19,383 bases of DNA. Source: Promethearchaeota archaeon. GTDB taxonomy: Archaea; Asgardarchaeota; Lokiarchaeia; Sigyniarchaeales; SOKP01. The stretch is taken from contig JAFGGO010000130.1 in assembly GCA_016930515.1 (NCBI GenBank), forward strand, positions 1 to 19,383. Reading direction: 5' to 3'. Both the position numbers and the translations under genes were made by a program. Positions 8,261-15,995 of this stretch are shown in pieces. How positions within the stretch are numbered: position 1 is the first letter of the stretch; every line of letters begins with the position of its first letter. The notes under the pieces were generated by a model. That model made no database searches, was not told the origin of the DNA, and was given only the letters and a program-made list of their open reading frames with translations.

Positions 8261-8518
8261 CTAATATCCTCCCACGACTCGAGCCCATAACGCTAATTTA
8301 TCGTTTTCTTTCAAACCAAACTTATGTATTGCATCTTGAATGGTGGAATCTGGAGGGAGTTCCTTGTTGTTCAAAACTAAAGTAAAGCTACGCTGTTCAG
8401 CACTAATTATTCCCATGTGCTTGATAATGATGTCAACTATTCGTTCGATTTTGTGGTGTTCTTTTACATCGAGCTTGATTAATTTTCCAGTCCGGGAATC
8501 TTCTACTTGTATGCGCAT
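8261..8518 (-). CDS. Ubiquitin-like protein precursor (beta-grasp; ends ...RVVGG-Y)
   Basis: 85 aa; aligns by eye with ubiquitin (MRIQV..TGKLIKLDV ~ MQIFV..TGKTITLEV; LVLNNKEL ~ LIFAGKQL; TIQD ~ TLSD; LWARVVGG ~ LVLRLRGG). Minus strand reads gga gga tat tag. Confidence 0.88.
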   Translation of the reverse strand: MRIQVEDSRTGKLIKLDVKEHHKIERIVDIIIKHMGIISAEQRSFTLVLNNKELPPDSTIQDAIHKFGLKENDKLALWARVVGGY

Positions 8519-8640
8519 TGTGTTTTACTGTTTTTTTTAATTTTGGTTATACTTTATTAAAAATACTCAAAAATTGCTTAAGAACTTTTTGATGGGATCG
8601 AAACTTCATTTAGATGAATAAAAACAAATCATGGTGAATA

Positions 8641-9354
8641 TTAATGCTCGTGTTCATGCTCATTATCTTGGTTTTTTTTCATTATTTCGTCCAGTTTAGC
8701 TCGATCTTCCTCCGACATGTTGCTCATTACTTCCATTTGTTGTTTCATTAAATCCATCATAAATGTTTTGGAAAGTACTTGATATAAAACTGGTAAAGAA
8801 ATTCTCATACGTGCTAATTCAAGAAACATTGTTTTGGCAATATCTCTCATCTCCTTGAGGTCCTCTTTCGTCATCCCTTCTTCACCAATTCCCGGACATT
8901 CTTCATCGACAATAGTGAAAGAATTTCCATCAAATTCAAGGGGATAAGTCCGACAGCTTAAGGGACGATTTTCGTATATTAAACATTTTTTTTGTTCCTC
9001 GTTATACATAGAACACTTTGCACCAAGTAAGTCCTCAATTGGAACCTGTCTAAAAGGACTAGGTGTATTCGAAGCTTCATCATCATTTCCAGACTTAGGT
9101 GGGACTATAGGTTTCAGTATTAGATCGATACCTCCACTTGGTATTTCCTGAATGTCCAAATATGGGAGAAAGTTTGCAACCACTTTATTATGTGCCCATA
9201 ATTGCAAATCCCATGCTGTTATTGGGATTGGTCCACGAGAAAGGCAACATTTATCACATCTGGTACATTTAAAGGTGAATTTGGTTTTTGAAGATTCAGA
9301 TTCCTTTTTTTTCTCGTTATTTTCGATTTGTTCATCCTTCTTGGTTTCAGACAT
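8641..9354 (-). CDS. YkgJ-family CxxCxxCC cysteine-cluster (Fe-S/Zn) protein
   Basis: FKCTRCDKCC, C-x-x-Y...CLIYENRPLSCRTYP, ECPGIG; Met-rich helical tail ending HEHEH. Confidence 0.85.
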   Translation of the reverse strand: MSETKKDEQIENNEKKKESESSKTKFTFKCTRCDKCCLSRGPIPITAWDLQLWAHNKVVANFLPYLDIQEIPSGGIDLILKPIVPPKSGNDDEASNTPSPFRQVPIEDLLGAKCSMYNEEQKKCLIYENRPLSCRTYPLEFDGNSFTIVDEECPGIGEEGMTKEDLKEMRDIAKTMFLELARMRISLPVLYQVLSKTFMMDLMKQQMEVMSNMSEEDRAKLDEIMKKNQDNEHEHEH

Positions 9355-9488
9355 TAAAAATCACTTGAATGATATTTATAATTAATATTGAAATAGGAAT
9401 CATTGAAAAAAAGATTTACTTTATAACTCGAACCTTTAAAGGTAATTAAAAATTAGTAATAAAATAATTAGCTATTTCAAGAATTAAC

Positions 9489-10568
9489 ATGATGTTTGAA
9501 GAAAATATTGAAATCATAAAGAACCTCACTGAAATTCAGAGTTGTAGCGGAAACGAATCAAAAATCAGAGATTATATTAAAAACCTCGTAAAACCCTATT
9601 GTACGAAAATAGAAACGGATGTCTTAGGAAATTTGTTTTGTATAATCGAGGGAACTGCCAAGCCTCCAGATCAGAAAATGAAGGTACTTTTAGACGCCCA
9701 CATGGACGAAATAGGATTTATGGTAAGGTTCATTGACAAAAACGGATTCATTCGCTTTTCGCAAGTTGGAGGTCAAAATCCCAGAATATTGCCTGGAGCC
9801 AAGGTAACGGTTCATTCCAGCTCGGGAGAAGATATTTTAGGCGTGATCGGCGAAACTCCCATCCATCTATTAAAAACCGAAGAGCGTAAGAAAGCAGCTA
9901 ACCTAGAAGACTTGTTTATTGACATTGGACTCGAAAACGATAAACAAGTAAAGGAGATTATTTCCATTGGAGATTACGTGACTTTAAAAGAAGAATGTTC
10001 CGTGTTGAAAGGAAACAAGAGAATTTGTTCCAAGGCTTTTGACGATAGAGCGGGATGTTTCGTGCTCATAAAATTAATCATGGAATTATCATCCATCAAA
10101 GACAAGTTAGATAAAAACATCGTTTTTCAATTTGCATCACAGGAGGAAATTGGCGTGAGAGGGGCAACTGTTGGTGCTTTTAGAAATTTTCCCGATCTTG
10201 CCATAGCAGTCGAAGTTACTCACGCAATAGATTTCCCTGGCATTAGCAAGGACAAATTCAATGAATGCAATTTGGGATCGGGCGTGTCTATAAGTATTGG
10301 TCCGAATTTACACCCCAAGTTATCAAAAAGTCTAGTTGAAACGGCAAAAAGAGAAAACATACCCTTCGTTTTGGAACCAGAACCTCGTCCCACTCCAACT
10401 GACGCACGAGCGATTCAAATGACCAAGACTGGCGTCCCTTGCGCCTTAGTTTCAACCCCCCTACGATACATGCACACGAATATAGAAGTCATTGAATATC
10501 AAGATTTACTTTACACCATCCAACTTCTGAGATCGTTCTTGTCGGAACCTAAAAATCCCCTTGAATAA
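9489..10568 (+). CDS. M42 family metallo-aminopeptidase (TET/FrvX-like)
   Basis: SGNE, DAHMDEIGF, KAFDDRAG, QEEIGVRGA, AVEVTHA, TDA, PLRYMHT. Confidence 0.93.
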   Translation: MMFEENIEIIKNLTEIQSCSGNESKIRDYIKNLVKPYCTKIETDVLGNLFCIIEGTAKPPDQKMKVLLDAHMDEIGFMVRFIDKNGFIRFSQVGGQNPRILPGAKVTVHSSSGEDILGVIGETPIHLLKTEERKKAANLEDLFIDIGLENDKQVKEIISIGDYVTLKEECSVLKGNKRICSKAFDDRAGCFVLIKLIMELSSIKDKLDKNIVFQFASQEEIGVRGATVGAFRNFPDLAIAVEVTHAIDFPGISKDKFNECNLGSGVSISIGPNLHPKLSKSLVETAKRENIPFVLEPEPRPTPTDARAIQMTKTGVPCALVSTPLRYMHTNIEVIEYQDLLYTIQLLRSFLSEPKNPLE

Positions 10569-10705
10569 TAGGTACAGCATCTTTTTTTTCTCTTATTCTT
10601 ATCGATAGTCAATAATATAGTAGACATTATTGTATAATTCATTTGTGTTTACGAGCAATTAACAATCTAATAAGACTTTTTAGAGATCCCGAATTTCATT
10701 TAATC

Positions 10706-12022
10706 ATGAGAGACATGATGAAATCACCGTTCTTACAAGGTTTTGCGTTCTGGTTAGTTGTTACAGTTAATTTAGTATTGACTTTTTTTATGGGGTACAT
10801 GCTAACTGCCCTTCCACTCATAGGATTTACCATCTCCGGCTTATTAATAATCATATTGTCATTCCTTGTCAACTTTACCATCGTATTCTATTTCAAGAGA
10901 TCAATAGAAATACCTAAGGATAGAAGATTATTTGTAGTAGTTCTAATTTATTTAAATGCTCTTTTTGCGTTAGCAATGGGCTTATCAATACCCTTAATGG
11001 AAGACCCCAGTAAGGACAATCTTGGGTTCGTAATGATTCCGCTTTTAATCATCTTGAACATCATAATTGTTGATAGATTTTTCTTTTATCTAAAGATTGG
11101 TAAATCCATTGAAGAAACGACTGATTTAAATATTACATCCTTAAAATCACAAAAAAGAAAATGGCCAATCATCGAATTTGAAGGAAAAAAATACCAATTT
11201 TCAATTCGTTCTCTTCTAATGTTGGCAATTGGTGCTCCGTTATTGGCGTGGCTTGTATATCTATTTTTCGACAACCAGGCGAACTTTTGGTTACACGAAA
11301 TCGTCGTCAAACAGACGGAGCTTTTTCTCAACCTCTTTTTTAACATGGGAGCGAGCGTTCAATATTATCCTTCGGGCATTTATCATTGGAGGTTTATCAT
11401 CCCTGGAACACCAACCCCTATATACTTCGAAACTTTTTGCACGGGGGTTCAGGCCATCTGCGTCTTCGTGGGTATCATAATATTCACACCACACAGCAAG
11501 GATCCCAAAACTAAAAAAGACATTGTATGGAGAAAAACGAAATCGTTAATCGTTTCTTCCATCTTGTTTTATGCTGTTAATATCATCCGGATGCTCATTC
11601 AATTAGATTTATATTACAACGGGTATAAGTGGGAGGACATCCATTATTCGATTAGCGCCGCAAGCTCTTTTATCGCAGCAATCATTGTTCTTTTGCTTCA
11701 CAAGTGGATTCCCGAATTCATCATATCGTTTATCTATGTTGGTACTTTAGTGAGCGAGCCAATAAAGGCAAAACGAATCAAGACTATCAAGGAACAGGTT
11801 CGACAATCTAATAGAGTTAGTCTTAAACTACTATCAAAAGTAATGAGTATGAAACGACAGACTTTTATTGTTAAATTCCCCGCTTTAATGAAAGATTTAG
11901 GATTTAAAATTGAGAATGGTCATATAATCGTGCCACCCGATAAAACAACGGAGTTTTTAGAAGGTTTGGACAAGAAATTTAAGTCAGATGACGAGACAAA
12001 AACAAACCTAAAAGAGGAATGA
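10706..12022 (+). CDS. Archaeosortase/exosortase-family membrane transpeptidase with extra N-terminal TM region and soluble C-terminal domain
   Basis: Multi-TM protein with the Cys-Arg-His triad in exosortase contexts: FETFCTG (Cys codon 11438), VNIIRM (Arg 11588), WEDIHY (His 11642). Start placed at ATG 10706 rather than TTG 10643, but this is uncertain. Confidence 0.78.
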   Translation: MRDMMKSPFLQGFAFWLVVTVNLVLTFFMGYMLTALPLIGFTISGLLIIILSFLVNFTIVFYFKRSIEIPKDRRLFVVVLIYLNALFALAMGLSIPLMEDPSKDNLGFVMIPLLIILNIIIVDRFFFYLKIGKSIEETTDLNITSLKSQKRKWPIIEFEGKKYQFSIRSLLMLAIGAPLLAWLVYLFFDNQANFWLHEIVVKQTELFLNLFFNMGASVQYYPSGIYHWRFIIPGTPTPIYFETFCTGVQAICVFVGIIIFTPHSKDPKTKKDIVWRKTKSLIVSSILFYAVNIIRMLIQLDLYYNGYKWEDIHYSISAASSFIAAIIVLLLHKWIPEFIISFIYVGTLVSEPIKAKRIKTIKEQVRQSNRVSLKLLSKVMSMKRQTFIVKFPALMKDLGFKIENGHIIVPPDKTTEFLEGLDKKFKSDDETKTNLKEE

Positions 12023-12921
12023 TAATGTTCGAGTACAATATTGAACAAAAAGTCGCTTCAGTGGGAAATGTAAAAATTGGAGGACAACCAGGAGAGAATC
12101 CCATTGTCATGGTGGGAACCATTTTTTATACAAAACATGCCGCTTTACTCGACGAAAAAAAAGGAGAGTTCGATAAAAAAATGCTTGAAAGTGAACTTAA
12201 CGAATTCGTATCGATAGTTGAAGACACTGGCATGCAAGCAATCGTTGATGTGGTGGGTTCGTATCCAGACACGCTCCTCAAGGAATGCCTTTACATCGCA
12301 GATTTGGTGGATTGCCCTTTCTTGGTTGATGGTTTAAACGATTCAAGCAGGATCCCTACCATGGAGGGCCTTCAGGAAGTAGGATTACTCGATCGAGCCA
12401 TCCTCAATAGTATTGACGAGAATACAGGAGATGAAAGTTTAAAACGATTGAAACGAGCGGGCGTGAAGAACGCAGTATTATTGACATTTTCGAACAGGGC
12501 GTATAATCCAATAAACAAGATCAAATTGTTAAAAGAAGTCCTCTTAGTAAAAGCAGAAAAAGCCGGCATTATAAATGTAATTGTAGATACAGCGGTCTTG
12601 GATCTCGTATCCATTGGTGTGAATCTAGAATCAACGCGATTAATAAAAAAAGAATTAGGGTTGCCAACTGGTTTTGCACCTGCGAACGCTATATATGGAT
12701 GGGATTATGTGAAAAAATATGGCGAAAGTGCAAGATGTGGTGCAATTGCTTCTGTAATGGCTTACTCTTCTGCAAGCGATTATATTCTATTTGGACCTGT
12801 TAAATTTGCAAAATGTGTCGTTCCTTCTATGGCTTTAATAAGCGGTATAAATTCGTATTATAGGAAGAGAATCTTGAGAAAAACCATATCAGAACAAGGC
12901 CCGTTGAAAAAAATATTTTAA
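12019..12921 (+). CDS. mtrH: MtrH-family pterin-binding methyltransferase (tetrahydromethanopterin S-methyltransferase subunit H-like)
   Basis: EQKV..VGNVKIGGQPGENP.VMVGTIFY, PFLVD, RAILNSI, IVDTAVLD, IKKELGLPTG..P.N, DYILFGP. ATGA overlap with the upstream gene. Confidence 0.88.
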   Translation: MIMFEYNIEQKVASVGNVKIGGQPGENPIVMVGTIFYTKHAALLDEKKGEFDKKMLESELNEFVSIVEDTGMQAIVDVVGSYPDTLLKECLYIADLVDCPFLVDGLNDSSRIPTMEGLQEVGLLDRAILNSIDENTGDESLKRLKRAGVKNAVLLTFSNRAYNPINKIKLLKEVLLVKAEKAGIINVIVDTAVLDLVSIGVNLESTRLIKKELGLPTGFAPANAIYGWDYVKKYGESARCGAIASVMAYSSASDYILFGPVKFAKCVVPSMALISGINSYYRKRILRKTISEQGPLKKIF

Positions 12922-14414
12922 GCCATATATCTTGAGATTAGTCCACTGTTCCTGCTCAAGAATTCCGGTAGATTCTGGTTAATGTGATTTTTTTTTTGTT
13001 CTTCGTCAATTAAGAATAGAAGAAATATATCTTGACCATCTAATTTGGCTCGTTTAAACAAGATGACAGAGTCTGCAATTTTAAAAATCGTTTCTTTTTC
13101 TCTTAATGCTTTAAATTTCTCGAAAATCTTGAATAAGGTGGTAAATTGAGGGGCAGTAATTTCGAAAATTTCCTTCATATTAGTTCCTATTGTTCCAGAA
13201 TTAGAAAGATGCTTAGAAGAAGATAAAGTTTTGGAAGCGTGATCTGCTAATAATAAACCATCTTGACTTAATAATAATATTAAAGAGATTCCATTTTCTT
13301 TTGAAAAAGTTTGGAGGTTAAATTGAATGAGATCTCTGTTAGGACTTAACTGTGCAATTCCTGATGAAAACGCCCTTAAAACGCTGAAAAGAGAAAATAT
13401 ACTCGTAGTATGTATTTCTGGAGGAGTTCCTTGATTGAGATTTGTTAGTTGATTTGTGATGTTTTTAATGTTTTGTTGTATTTTAGAAGTTTCAATGATA
13501 TCAGGGTCTGCTTTGGTAAGAATGTGAATGATGGGAGTGTTCTGTTCTAATCGCTTTAAATCCTCTTTAACTCTCGTGAGATATTGAATGCTTTCCTTAA
13601 ACCGATCAGCTCTTTGTAGGTCAATAAAAAAAAATATGAGATCGGCTTCATAAAGATAAATTTCGGATCTCGAAAGATACTTCTCTCGAAATTGGAGCTG
13701 TCCCCCTAAATCCCATAATGAAATAGTAGCACCGGCAGCTCTAATCGTGGAAATACTTTCTCCTCTCGTAGGTTTCACTCCTAAAAGTTTTGAAAACCTA
13801 CGATCAATAGTAAAAAAGAAACTGGTTTTACCGGCAGAATCCAATCCGAAAAAAATTATTTTAAGTTTTCGATCAGCAGTAATCGGATTGGATGGCTTAT
13901 TTTCTACTTCTATGAGTTGAATGACTAGGTTTTCAAACACATGATGAACTGAATCATAAGGAACGAATCCTTCTGAAAATTCTTTATCCAAGTGTTTAAA
14001 GGATTCTAAAATGAGCTTTCTTATTTGATCGTTGTTATTGTACAAAAAACTCCGTTTTTTCTCGTCAACGAGTATGGAAAACGCAGTGGGTATCGGTTTA
14101 TCCGTGTTTTTTAACCAAATAAAGTGAAAATAAGTAAGAGCAGTAATTTTATAATCGGGGTAGGGTAGAATTGCAAAATAATTGGCATTCTTGAGGTTTT
14201 CGTCGTCTAAATTCATCTTATCGCTTATTAATAAGCTTAAGTTTTTAATGGAAATTTGCGTGTAATCCCTAAGCGTCAAGCTAAACTCGTTTGAATTCTC
14301 CTTTTCTGTTTCTGAAACGGGATCGGGATACGAATATTTTGGCATTGGACCAAATTTATCGAGAGCTGAAAATAAAAAACCCATGATCACTGAAGATTTC
14401 GGAATTCTACGCAT
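12918..14414 (-). CDS. Tri-domain protein: putative longin/uDENN domain + Rag/Arf-like small GTPase + roadblock-like domain
   Basis: G1 GLDSAGKTS, G2 PTRG, G3 WDLGGQ, G4 TKAD, G5 TSIF. The following segment resembles the Rag C-terminal roadblock (AFS.GIAQLSP..DLIQ..L..FSKENGI.LILLLSQDGLLLAD). N-terminus FSALDKFGPMPKYSYP resembles uDENN/longin starts. Confidence 0.8.
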   Translation of the reverse strand: MRRIPKSSVIMGFLFSALDKFGPMPKYSYPDPVSETEKENSNEFSLTLRDYTQISIKNLSLLISDKMNLDDENLKNANYFAILPYPDYKITALTYFHFIWLKNTDKPIPTAFSILVDEKKRSFLYNNNDQIRKLILESFKHLDKEFSEGFVPYDSVHHVFENLVIQLIEVENKPSNPITADRKLKIIFFGLDSAGKTSFFFTIDRRFSKLLGVKPTRGESISTIRAAGATISLWDLGGQLQFREKYLSRSEIYLYEADLIFFFIDLQRADRFKESIQYLTRVKEDLKRLEQNTPIIHILTKADPDIIETSKIQQNIKNITNQLTNLNQGTPPEIHTTSIFSLFSVLRAFSSGIAQLSPNRDLIQFNLQTFSKENGISLILLLSQDGLLLADHASKTLSSSKHLSNSGTIGTNMKEIFEITAPQFTTLFKIFEKFKALREKETIFKIADSVILFKRAKLDGQDIFLLFLIDEEQKKNHINQNLPEFLSRNSGLISRYMA

Positions 14415-14513
14415 TTAGATCAGTGGCAGTCTTATCAAGTAAAAATACATTTTAAGTTATATTATACTAAATAAGAAAATAAGATTATTAATAGCTTTAC
14501 ATTAGATAAAATA

Positions 14514-15470
14514 ATGCTGGACAAAATTAAGAATGCCATCTTGGAATCCGAACATATTTTGGAAAAAAGCAAAATCAAACCCATAGTTCAATTTATTAAC
14601 GAAAATTGTCATAAAAGCTCAAGAATTTATTCCGCTTTTGGTGAAGACTCCGCAGCAGTATACGAAAACGAGAAATATCTCCTGTTAACAACCGATCGAA
14701 TTAAGACAAGTTTTATTGAAAAAAGTCCATTTGGTGCAGGATTCAGTTCTATTCTAGTAAGTGTTGACGACATTTATTGTTGTGGTGGCGTCCCAATAGC
14801 GGGAAGCGTGATAATAGCGTATCCCGACGAAGAGAAAGGAAAAAGAATTGTTGAGGGTATTTGCGAAGGCTCAAAGAAATTCCAAGTCCCAATTATTCGA
14901 GGTCATACGGACTCTAGGAGTAATTGTTATGAGTTAAGCTCAACGATGATTGGTGAGATAGAAAAAGATCATTACATATCTGCACGGAACGCAAAAATAG
15001 GGGATTCGATTATTCTCGCTTCGGATTTTAATGGAAAAGTTGGAAAAGCTAGTGATCTCTATTGGGATACCGTGACTTTTAAATCAACGGAAGATTTATT
15101 AAATAAAAGAGGTGCAATGAATGAAATTGCAGAGAAACGCTTGGCAAACGCTTCTAAGGATGTTTCAAACGGGGGATTATTTGGAACGATCATGCAGCTT
15201 CTCTTTTATTCGAGACTAGGGGCAAATATCTGTGTATCTGATATCGTGCTCCCTAAAGCTTTATTAGATCTTGGATATACGCTCGAAAAGTATATAAAAA
15301 TGTACTTAACGACCTCTTTCATATTAACTGTGCCATCAACAAATTGCGGCGCGATTATTGAAATTTTTAAAAAACACGGGATGCACGCGAGCAATCTTGG
15401 AATAATTACAAAAGATCCTGTTTTAGAGATTAACGATAAGAAGAAATCCATAAAAGTAATCAAATTTTAA
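14514..15470 (+). CDS. AIR synthase-related (PurM-like fold) protein, 'methanogenesis marker 2'/selenophosphate-synthetase-related type
   Basis: FGEDSAA, LLTTD, PFGAGFSSILVSVDDIYCCGGVP, IIRGHT, A..GD.I, ASKDVSNGGLFGT. Confidence 0.8.
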   Translation: MLDKIKNAILESEHILEKSKIKPIVQFINENCHKSSRIYSAFGEDSAAVYENEKYLLLTTDRIKTSFIEKSPFGAGFSSILVSVDDIYCCGGVPIAGSVIIAYPDEEKGKRIVEGICEGSKKFQVPIIRGHTDSRSNCYELSSTMIGEIEKDHYISARNAKIGDSIILASDFNGKVGKASDLYWDTVTFKSTEDLLNKRGAMNEIAEKRLANASKDVSNGGLFGTIMQLLFYSRLGANICVSDIVLPKALLDLGYTLEKYIKMYLTTSFILTVPSTNCGAIIEIFKKHGMHASNLGIITKDPVLEINDKKKSIKVIKF

Positions 15471-15496
15471 TACCATTATTGATTCTTGTAATTATA

Positions 15497-15988
15497 ATGA
15501 TAAAGTTGGAAGTAAAACTGCCCGATACTCCAGGGAGTCTCATAGAACTGATAAGACCCATTTCTGAAAATGGTGGTAATGTGTTTGGTATCCTTCACCA
15601 TCATGATAAGATCGTCAATAACTTGATTCCTGTCGACATCAGTTTCGAACTCAGCGAGGATCTTTTCGAAGTCTCCATGAAAAATATAAAAAAAGAACTG
15701 AGTGAGAAAAAGATCCAAATAGAAAGCATTACTTTGGGACATGAACAAAACACAATTGTTGTAATTTTAAACGGGCATGTTTTTGAAAGCGATATAGCAG
15801 ATACCATCAAGCGACTAGCCAGTAAAAATATTAGAGTCTCTGAAATACAAGCAAAGATAACCGAAGTTTCTGCCGTGAGCAATGTGAAATTTAAATTAGA
15901 ATTTCCCGAATCCGTAACTAAAGACGATCTCATCAGTGAACTTGAAACGATTTGTCAGGAAAAAAACCTTTTTTTGCTAAGATCGTGA
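15497..15988 (+). CDS. Tandem ACT-domain (amino-acid-binding) protein
   Basis: LPDTPGSL.ELIRPISENGGNV..ILH and a second repeat VILNGHVFESDIADTIKRL; ATG 15497 preferred over TTG 15479. Confidence 0.82.
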   Translation: MIKLEVKLPDTPGSLIELIRPISENGGNVFGILHHHDKIVNNLIPVDISFELSEDLFEVSMKNIKKELSEKKIQIESITLGHEQNTIVVILNGHVFESDIADTIKRLASKNIRVSEIQAKITEVSAVSNVKFKLEFPESVTKDDLISELETICQEKNLFLLRS

Positions 15989-15995
15989 TAATCAG

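Noticed and set aside
6476-8518. Reading E1 + GG-protein as a ThiF/ThiS, MoeB/MoaD or SAMP sulfur-relay pair
   Set aside because: A UBC E2 with HPN and catalytic Cys lies between them, the Ubl resembles ubiquitin, and no thiamine, Moco or tRNA-thiolation genes or rhodanese domain are present.
4926-9385. Overlapping alternative ORFs (4926-5324, 5164-5355, 6765-7007, 6855-7046, 7181-7552, 8340-8540, 9152-9385)
   Set aside because: All overlap better-supported genes and lack recognisable motifs.
9489-10568. Endoglucanase/cellulase label often attached to this family
   Set aside because: The motifs are those of M42 aminopeptidases; the cellulase label is a known misannotation.
12019-15470. Methanogenesis inferred from mtrH and the 'marker 2'-like gene
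   Set aside because: No mcr or mtrA-G genes in the window; both families also occur in non-methanogens.
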